From the NCBI GenBank assembly GCA_900234795.1, contig LT962688.1, forward strand, positions 1,800,001 through 1,832,000: a stretch of 32,000 bases of DNA, in the 5' to 3' direction. Position numbers and translations under genes: made by a program. This document shows, one piece after another, positions 9,580 through 15,773 of the stretch. The notes beneath the pieces are model-generated. The model was not told where the DNA came from. It saw only the letters and a list, made by a program, of their open reading frames with translations, and did not search any database. This stretch comes from Methylorubrum extorquens (GTDB lineage Bacteria; Pseudomonadota; Alphaproteobacteria; Rhizobiales; Beijerinckiaceae). Position 1 is the first letter of the stretch; every line of letters begins with the position of its first letter.

Positions 9580-10940
9580 TGGTTACTCCTGGCGGTAGAG
9601 CAGTGGCCCGCTCTGGATTGCTGCCGATAAGTGCCGACGAACTTCTAGGGTATATATCAGATAACTCTGTAAGATTTATCGACCTTATCCAAAATTGCTC
9701 TGAAAATGAAGGTATAGAATGCGAAGACTTTTGCTTTTTAATGATACATGCGGCTTACAGTTGCTCTGAATTTGGCGGTCAAGCCGTTGGCGGTCGCCGC
9801 TTCTTGCCATACCAATTGCTTAAGCCGCCTCTTAGAGGAGCGCAGCAGAGACTAGCCCCGATAATGTTCAAGTCTGGGCAATATGATACAATTAATGCCA
9901 CAATCCTGGCCATGCGATGGATTTCTGGAGATCCCATACGGGATATCGAGCGAGTATTTTCAGTAAGAAGTGGCGTATTGAACAATATGTTCAGTGATGC
10001 AGCAAATATTTTGCGTGGAATATCAGACATATTGTACGCTGTAACTGGTCGTCAGGGCGAATCTATGCTCCCAGCGGCGACGCCGCTTTCGAAAAGGGAG
10101 GAGCTCATATACATTCTGAGGGCAATTCGTCAAGTCTCAGCTAGATTGGATGTGGGTCTTCACGAGGACTCAATCTGGCTGACGACTGTGCATTACCCTT
10201 TATCAAACACGTCGAGAAGTATTCCTCCTATTTTGAGCCGCAAACACATCGTTTCTTTGAGGGGCGCCGGTTTTGTTTCGCCCGACAGTATTTTGGATCC
10301 AGGACGGTTTTCTAGTTTGATGGCCGCATTGGGTTCGGATCCCGCTTCAGCACGTCTACTCGCACAGAGCCTTCAAGATGGAGTTCGTTCTTGGCGCACT
10401 GTCGAGAGACAGCGTTTGATGGATAGTCAGGCTCGTAGACTTCCGGAATGTAAGTCGCTAATATTAAAGTTTTATAGGTCGACCGGTGTAGAATTCGAGA
10501 CGAATTTGGAATTGGCTCTAGAATGTGTTGGGATAAAAATTTTAGAAAAGGACCAGGCTGGAAAGACATCATTCCCTGATTTTGTGACAGAGTCAATTGC
10601 GAGTAGATCAACTGCAATCGAGTGCAAATCGAAGACCGTTGGAGACTCGGTAAATTTCAATGATGCAACTGACGTAATCCGCAAGGCAAATGTTAATGGC
10701 CTAAGTCAATCATTCAAAATCACTGTTTGCCAGCCGTATATAAGCCCAGATGTGCCTCGAAAGCTCACCAACTGCACTGAGCTTTGTGTGGTGAATGCGG
10801 AAGATCTTGCTGAGGCCCTAGTTCGAGTCAAGTTGGGAAAAATTTCTATGGAAACCTTCGCTGATTGGATACAGCGGCCCGGTCAAGCGTTGCGTGAAAT
10901 GTTGCCCAGTGATGGGTCTAGTGTTATTGGAATATCTTGA
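9576..10940 (+). CDS. helicase C-terminal module (winged-helix remainder, ratchet-like helical domain, HhH-like segment) fused to a PD-(D/E)xK nuclease domain
   Basis: VTPGGRAVARSGLLPISADEL resembles the Hel308 'T.lG..vS.lyidP' element. TINATILAMRWISGDPIRDIERVFSVRSGVLNNMFSDAANILRGISDIL is ratchet-like, and IVSLRGAGFVSPDSILDP is HhH-like. The C-terminus reads VEFETNLELALE...FPDF (D at 10578)...AIECK (E at 10620, K at 10626). The ORF track starts at GTG 9558. I prefer ATG 9576 for independent initiation. Confidence 0.85.
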   Translation: MMVTPGGRAVARSGLLPISADELLGYISDNSVRFIDLIQNCSENEGIECEDFCFLMIHAAYSCSEFGGQAVGGRRFLPYQLLKPPLRGAQQRLAPIMFKSGQYDTINATILAMRWISGDPIRDIERVFSVRSGVLNNMFSDAANILRGISDILYAVTGRQGESMLPAATPLSKREELIYILRAIRQVSARLDVGLHEDSIWLTTVHYPLSNTSRSIPPILSRKHIVSLRGAGFVSPDSILDPGRFSSLMAALGSDPASARLLAQSLQDGVRSWRTVERQRLMDSQARRLPECKSLILKFYRSTGVEFETNLELALECVGIKILEKDQAGKTSFPDFVTESIASRSTAIECKSKTVGDSVNFNDATDVIRKANVNGLSQSFKITVCQPYISPDVPRKLTNCTELCVVNAEDLAEALVRVKLGKISMETFADWIQRPGQALREMLPSDGSSVIGIS

Positions 10941-11004
10941 TTATTTTATCTTACTAAACAATTCAATATAAGCGAGTTTGATTATATTTGAAGCTATCTG
11001 ACTT

Positions 11005-11030
11005 CCGCAATATTGTTTATAATGTTGCGG
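11005..11030 (+). terminator. hairpin downstream of the islet operon (possible terminator)
   Basis: CCGCAATATT/AATGTTGCGG forms a 10-bp stem (one G-U pair) with loop GTTTAT, about 65 nt after the stop at 10940. There is no clear U-tract. Confidence 0.3.
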
Positions 11031-11711
11031 TGATGCTATTGCTATGATTCTATACTTCCTACTTTTCAATGCGGCGTTCGCGGGCAAATCAATTGACATT
11101 TTAGGCTTTTGGTCCTACATTCACGCCACTCGCCTCCCGGTCCAACCGGGGGAGCTTTTCCGGTGACCGGCCGGCGAGGCTCGTTGGGAGGTGGGGCGGT
11201 TCCCGCGTCGGTGGCCCGGTCGCCATCGCCTCGGGCGCTGTGCGCGACACAACGCCAACGCGGGATGGGGCCATAGGCCGGTCTCGGGTCGGCGCCCAGG
11301 ACCAACCGGAGCCGGGCCCAATACGAGGTCCGGTGCGGACGAGTCCGCCCATAGCCGTCTGCCGAGGTTCCCTCTCCCCTCGCGGGGAGGCGGGCCGAGG
11401 GTCCCACAGCGCCTAGATCCGGGGTCGATGCCGGTGGAGAGACCGTGACGCCAAAACGGAGGGACGGCTTCCCGTGATAAGGAAGCGGCCCCTCCGCGGG
11501 ACGCCGGGAAACCGGCAAAGTCTCACATACCCATCCGGAGGTTTCGCGGCGTCCCGCGTCCCCCTCGGGGTTTGTGTCCGATGCGTACCCAGCCGGCCGA
11601 TCGGCCAGCCGTCCTCCGGGCCCGGATCTCAGGGCCGCGGGGGGAAACGTGTTTTTGCAAGAATGCGGTTCGACCGGTCGGGGCGACGAGCGCGGTTCCA
11701 GCCCTCCGTCT

Positions 11712-11812
11712 CATCCTGAGGTGCGGCGCGAAGCGGCGCCTCGAAGGATCTTCCCGATCCCGCGCGATCCCCGGAGCCCCCTTCGCGGGCGCTTGCGCGC
11801 CACCTCAGGATG
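11712..11812. repeat. REP-like palindromic intergenic element
   Basis: Perfect 12-bp inverted repeat CATCCTGAGGTG (11712-11723) / CACCTCAGGATG (11801-11812), 77 nt apart. The left arm region CATCCTGAGGTGCGGCGCGAAGCGGCGCCTCGAAGGAT is itself hairpin-forming. It resembles the abundant Rhizobiales intergenic palindromes as I recall them. Confidence 0.5.
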
Positions 11813-11844
11813 CGGGCGTGGCGGGGCGGATGTGCGCGGCGCCG

Positions 11845-11945
11845 AGAGCCGTATCCGACCTGATGGCATCAGGCCGGCGTCTCTCGGTCCTTGTTGTGAC
11901 GCGCATTCTTTCGACGAACCGGTCACCACTTCGTCGGAATGCGCT
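11845..11945. repeat. 101-nt structured intergenic repeat, copy A
   Basis: 91 of 101 positions are identical, with no gaps, to 15108-15208 (hand alignment). It contains the hairpins CCTGAT-GGC-ATCAGG and CGACGAA-N11-TTCGTCG. Confidence 0.85.
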
Positions 11946-11994
11946 CGAGAGCATCATCCCGAAAGGTGGTGACCGGCTTTCGGAAAAAGATGAT

Positions 11995-12051
11995 GCAATA
12001 ACAAAAGGCTAGAGCATCGTGCTGGATCCGATATCCGGCACGATGCTCTAG
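11995..12051 (-). terminator. rho-independent terminator of kpsF
   Basis: Perfect 14-bp stem CTAGAGCATCGTGC/GCACGATGCTCTAG (12009-12022/12038-12051), extendable by about 4 more pairs. On the minus strand it is followed by CCTTTTGTTATT. The kpsF stop codon (12048-12050) lies inside the stem. Confidence 0.8.
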
Positions 12052-13070
12052 GCCACGCCGGTGCGCAGCAGGTCGTGGTAGTGCACGAGGCCGACGGGGC
12101 GGCCCTGGTCCACCACCACGAGCGCGGTGATCTTCATCGCCTCCTGGATCTGCAGCGCCTTGGCGAGCAGGGTCTCGGGCGTGATCGTGCGGGGGTTGGC
12201 GGTCATCACCGCCTCGACCGGCAGGCGGTCCAGCCCCTCGCGGGAGAAGACGGCGCGGCGCACGTCGCCGTCGGTGAGGATGCCGGCGAGCGCGCCCTTT
12301 CCATCGACCACGAGGACCGAGCCGAAACCCTTGGCGTCGATCTCGGCCACGGCGGCCCGCATCGCGGTGCCGATGGCCACCACGGGCAGATGCGCCCCGC
12401 CATGCATGACCTCGCGTACCTGCCGCAGCGAGGCGCCGAGCCGGCCACCGGGATGGAACACGGAGAAGTCGCGGGCCGAGAAGCCGCGGGCCTCCAGCAG
12501 CGCCACGGCGAGCGCGTCGCCGAGCGCGAGCTGCATCGCCGTCGAGGTGGTGGGGGCGAGCCCGTTCGGGCAGGCCTCCTTAGCTTTCGGCAAAGCGAGG
12601 CAGGTATCGGCCTCGCGGCCGAGCGTCGAGGCGGCGTTCGAGGTGATCGCCACGAGGCCGACGCGGTAGCGCCGGGTGTAGCCGATGATGTCGGCCAGTT
12701 CCGTGGTCTCGCCCGACCAGGACAGCGCCAGCACCACGTCGTCGGGCTGGATCATGCCGAGATCGCCGTGGCTCGCCTCGGCCGGGTGGACGTAGAGCGC
12801 GGGCGTGCCGGTGGAGGCGAAGGTCGCCGCGATCTTGCGGGCGACGTGGCCGGACTTGCCCATGCCGGTGCAGATCACCCGGCCGCGCGCCGCGCCGATC
12901 CGCTCGACGGCCTGCGCGAACGGCTCGCCGAGGCCGTTGTCGATCGCGGCCATCAGGCAGGCCAGGCCCTCGCGCTCGGTCTCGATGGTGCGCAGGGCCG
13001 AGGCGATGGCGGGCGCCCGCGCCGCGCCGTCCGTCCGGTTCCGGTCCTCGATCCGCTGTGCCAGGGCCAT
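12048..13070 (-). CDS. kpsF: KpsF/GutQ-family arabinose-5-phosphate isomerase (SIS domain plus tandem CBS domains)
   Basis: RVICTGMGKSGHVARKIAATFASTGTPALYVHPAEASHGDLGMI is the SIS-domain signature. The C-terminal CBS pair includes VVDGKGALAGILTDGDVRR and VVDQGRPVGLVHYHDLLR. Confidence 0.93.
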   Translation of the reverse strand: MALAQRIEDRNRTDGAARAPAIASALRTIETEREGLACLMAAIDNGLGEPFAQAVERIGAARGRVICTGMGKSGHVARKIAATFASTGTPALYVHPAEASHGDLGMIQPDDVVLALSWSGETTELADIIGYTRRYRVGLVAITSNAASTLGREADTCLALPKAKEACPNGLAPTTSTAMQLALGDALAVALLEARGFSARDFSVFHPGGRLGASLRQVREVMHGGAHLPVVAIGTAMRAAVAEIDAKGFGSVLVVDGKGALAGILTDGDVRRAVFSREGLDRLPVEAVMTANPRTITPETLLAKALQIQEAMKITALVVVDQGRPVGLVHYHDLLRTGVA

Positions 13071-13245
13071 GAAGCTGTCGTTTCCGTCTCAAAGCCCGGC
13101 GCCGGGCCCTCGCGATTCCTTAACCGCCCTCTTCACCCGCGACTGTGGCCGCATGGGGGCTACGCAACGGCTGCCCACGGCGGGACAGGGCGAGCGGGCG
13201 CCCCGCAACGGCGCGTTAACCATGCCCGGTGTAGCCCCGTTAACC

Positions 13246-15093
13246 ATGGAGCGCCGGCCGGACACGGAACGCCGCCCCGTCCACGGGCCGCCGGCCGTAT
13301 CCAGGGAAAGAGCGCTGCCGGTGTCACGCGAGCGGCCGAACGGGGACAAGCGAGGGGGGCGCCGCGGGGCGTTCGCTCTGGCGCTGCTCCCCGCCCTGCT
13401 CGGGGGCCCCGCGCTGGCGCAGGAGACGCCCGACCCGTCGCAGACCGAGCCCGCCCCGAGCACGGCGTCGAACCCGCTCGCGCGCAGCCCCTCCGAACCG
13501 GCGACCGCGGGCCGCCCACGCCGCTCCGCCTTCGACGCGCCGACGGCTTTGCGCGGCTCCGGCGCCTTCTCCGCCCCCGCCCCGCTCGGCAGCGGCACGC
13601 CCGCGAATCCGGCCCCCGCCTCCGAGGAGAGCGAGGAGCCGAGTGTGGCCCGCCTGCCGCGCTTCCGCAGCGCGACGAGCCTGCCCGGCTCCGCCGCGAC
13701 GCGGGGCACCCCGGCCCGGCCCTCGATCTTGCGCCTGCGCGCGGCACCCCCGCGCCGGCTCGGCACGGCGACCCGCCAGATCACGCAGACGCGCACGCAG
13801 CAGACGATCACGGATCTGCGCCTCACCCCGGTGATCCAGACGCCCGTCTCCGGCGTGCCGCTGCCGGCGCCGATCCTCGGGCTCGGCCTGCCGAACGCCG
13901 CCGGGCTGCTGCTCGGCACGGCTTTGCGCCGGCCGATCCCCGCCGACACCGCCTACGCGCCGCTCGGCATCCGGCTCGGCACCTTCACGCTGCTGCCGGC
14001 CTTCACCCAGAGCGTCGGCTACGATTCGAACCCGGACCAGATCGGCGGCACCCGCTTGCGGCCCTCCCTGGCGCTGCGCAGCGAGGCGGAGCTGGCGCTG
14101 CGCAGCGAATGGTCGGCGAGCGAACTCACCGCCGAGATGCGCGGCAGCTACCTCGAATATCCGCAGAACCCCGAGGCGAGCCGCCCCAACGCGGTGGGCA
14201 CCGCGCGGATGCGCGTCGACGTCGACCGCGACACCCGGATCGATCTGGAGACCCGCTTCCTGCTCGACAGCCAGCGCATCGGCAGCCCGGATCTCGGCGC
14301 GGGCGGGGGGGCGACGACCCGGCCGCTCTTCGCCACCTACGGCGCGACCGCGGGGGTGCAGGAAAACTTCAACCGGCTGCAGCTCTCGCTGCGCGGCTCG
14401 ATCGACCGCTCCGTCTTCGAGGACGCGCAGCTCGGCAACGGCACCACGATCATCCAGAGCGACCGCGACGCCAACCAGTACGGCCTGCGCCTGCGCGCCG
14501 GATACGAGATCTCGCCCGCGATCACGCCCTTCGTCGAGACCTTCCTCGACACCCGGGTCTACGACACGCCGGTGGACCAGTTCGGCCTGCGCCGCGATTC
14601 CGACGGCGTCGCCTTCACCGCAGGCGCGGCGGTGGCGCTCAACAGCACGCTGACGGCGGAAATCTCGGGCGGCCTGCAGCACCGCTCCTACATCGATCGC
14701 ACACTGCAGGACATCAACGCGCCGGTCATCAACGCGGCGCTCGTCTGGTCGGTCTCGCCGCTGACCACGGTGCGGTTCAACCAGCAGACCGGCGTGATCG
14801 AGACCGCGGTGCCGGGCTCCAGCGGCGCCTTCACCGACGCCGCCACGCTCGAAGTGCAGCACGACCTCCTGCGCAACCTCTCGATCACGCTGGGCGGCGC
14901 TTACCTCTCCACCAACTACGACGGCGTGCGCATCCGCGAGCGGGGCTATTCCGCCACCGCCCGGCTCGACTACCGCTTCAACCGCTGGCTCGCTCTCCGC
15001 GGCAGCTACATCTATTCGACGCTGAACAGCACCGTCCCGCTCTCGACCTACGAGGCGCACACGGTGCTGCTCGGGGTGCGGGTGAACCCCTGA
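13246..15093 (+). CDS. outer-membrane beta-barrel protein with a long Pro/Ala/Ser-rich N-terminal region
   Basis: Signal-like segment RGAFALALLPALLGGPALAQE is followed by about 200 aa of low complexity. Alternating beta-strand patterns follow, ending in the typical C-terminal ...YEAHTVLLGVRVNP. The start is uncertain: ATG 13246, 13222 or 13153. The ORF-track start at 12805 lies inside kpsF antisense. Confidence 0.78.
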   Translation: MERRPDTERRPVHGPPAVSRERALPVSRERPNGDKRGGRRGAFALALLPALLGGPALAQETPDPSQTEPAPSTASNPLARSPSEPATAGRPRRSAFDAPTALRGSGAFSAPAPLGSGTPANPAPASEESEEPSVARLPRFRSATSLPGSAATRGTPARPSILRLRAAPPRRLGTATRQITQTRTQQTITDLRLTPVIQTPVSGVPLPAPILGLGLPNAAGLLLGTALRRPIPADTAYAPLGIRLGTFTLLPAFTQSVGYDSNPDQIGGTRLRPSLALRSEAELALRSEWSASELTAEMRGSYLEYPQNPEASRPNAVGTARMRVDVDRDTRIDLETRFLLDSQRIGSPDLGAGGGATTRPLFATYGATAGVQENFNRLQLSLRGSIDRSVFEDAQLGNGTTIIQSDRDANQYGLRLRAGYEISPAITPFVETFLDTRVYDTPVDQFGLRRDSDGVAFTAGAAVALNSTLTAEISGGLQHRSYIDRTLQDINAPVINAALVWSVSPLTTVRFNQQTGVIETAVPGSSGAFTDAATLEVQHDLLRNLSITLGGAYLSTNYDGVRIRERGYSATARLDYRFNRWLALRGSYIYSTLNSTVPLSTYEAHTVLLGVRVNP

Positions 15094-15107
15094 GGGGAGC
15101 GCGCCTT

Positions 15108-15208
15108 AGAGCCGTCTCCGACCTGATGGCATCAGGCCGGCGTCTCTCGGTCTTTGTTTCGACGCGCTTTCTTTCGCCGAACCGGCGTCCACTTCGTCGG
15201 AAAGCGCT
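15108..15208. repeat. 101-nt structured intergenic repeat, copy B
   Basis: Ungapped match (91/101) to 11845-11945. It fills almost the entire gap between the convergent stops at 15093 (+) and 15209 (-). Confidence 0.85.
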
Positions 15209-15773
15209 TTAGCGCGCCATCGAGAGCTGCGCGCCGGATTTCGAGAGCGCGCCCTCGAGTCCGCCGCCGGCCTGCCGCAGGCGCGCCGTGACGGTGCCGC
15301 CCGGCTGGTAGAGGTAGACCTCGCCATCGCGGAAATCCCAGGCCGAGACCTTGGCGAGATCCTTGTTGCCGCAACCCGCGGCCGAGGCCTTGTAGAGATC
15401 GAGCGAGGGCGTGCTCGACAGCGACACCTTGCAGCTTCCCGCGGCATCGGTGGCGTTCCACGAGCCCACCACCGAGGAGCGGCCGGTCGCGACCACCGGC
15501 GGCGGAGCGGGCGGGGGGCGGCGGCTCGATCGCCTGCGAGGGGGCCGCGGCGACGCTCGGGGGCGGCGGCTCGCCCGGCGCGGCGGAGGCGCCCGGCGGG
15601 GGCGCGAGCGGCTCGCTCGTCACCGTGCCGGCGGGCAGAGCGGGCGTGGCGGGTTCAAGCGCCGCCTGGGGGCGCGGACGCTCGCGGGGCCCCTCGAAGC
15701 GGTTGGAGGCGCAGGCGCCGACGCTCGCGGCCAGCGCGAGACAGGCGGCTTTCGACAGGAACCCACGCGTCAT
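15209..15773 (-). pseudogene. Omp19/Inh-family (protease-inhibitor-like) lipoprotein gene, apparently frameshifted
   Basis: The frame from ATG 15773 (GAGGGG Shine-Dalgarno) gives a lipoprotein signal, MTRGFLSKAACLALAASVGAC, plus a Pro-rich linker. The conserved C-terminal domain VVGSWNATDAAGSCKVSL...LAKVSAWDFRDGEVYLYQPGGTVTARL...GAQLSMAR is in a different frame (15496..15209). The length is 565 nt, which is 3n+1. The switch maps near the G6 tract at 15513-15518. Confidence 0.7.

Larger units (their letters stand above)
7805..11100. mobile_element. low-GC horizontally acquired islet (two cargo genes, no recombinase visible)
   Basis: Composition shifts abruptly. Hand counts give about 38-42% GC inside (lines 8281-8340 and 10441-10500) against about 70-80% in the flanks. 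Codons are A/T-ending, unlike every other gene in the window. Confidence 0.6.

Noticed and set aside
8658-10684. Antisense ORFs inside the islet (8658..8987, 9189..9542, 9779..10030, 10312..10617 and 10472..10684) as possible extra system components or antitoxins.
   Set aside because: Each lies fully within, and opposite to, motif-rich sense ORFs. They have no Shine-Dalgarno, and their composition (Ser/Asn/Ile-rich) is typical of antisense AT-rich coding DNA.
8035-10940. Labelling the pair outright as Hachiman (HamAB) or another named defence system.
   Set aside because: The gene order is helicase first. The helicase appears split within or near its winged-helix domain. The nuclease is fused to ratchet and HhH-like domains rather than being a stand-alone DUF1837-type protein. 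Without HMM searches, a named assignment would be a guess.
7819-11096. A 9-bp direct repeat, ATCAATTGA, at 7819-7827 and 11088-11096, which could mark att sites or target-site duplication flanking the islet.
   Set aside because: A single 9-mer match between two AT-rich boundary windows of a few hundred nt is expected by chance fairly often. The core CAATTG is also a simple palindrome. This is not sufficient evidence for insertion boundaries without an empty-site comparison.
11100-11560. A structured RNA gene (RNase P RNA, tmRNA, SRP RNA, tRNA or cobalamin riboswitch) serving as the integration target at the right border of the islet.
   Set aside because: I searched both strands by eye for GGAAAGTCCGGGC (RNase P P4), GGTTCGA-type T-loops with a CCA-proximal acceptor, an ANDN-type tag reading frame, the GGAAGCAGCC SRP motif and a B12 box. 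I found none, only partial look-alikes such as GACGAGTCCGCCCATAG. It is kept only as an unexplained non-coding block.
12075-15212. Very long ORFs in the track: 12075..15212 (+, 1045 aa), 13324..15060 (-, 578 aa), 6202..7827 (+, 541 aa), 937..2130 (+), 5393..6562 (+), 15625..16992 (+), 17195..18289 (+), 18314..19387 (+) and 22615..24150 (-).
   Set aside because: All are antisense to, or out of frame with, genes that carry clear family signatures. All have extreme Arg/Gly/Pro/Ala composition with no motifs. This is the usual stop-codon-poor artefact of roughly 70% GC DNA.
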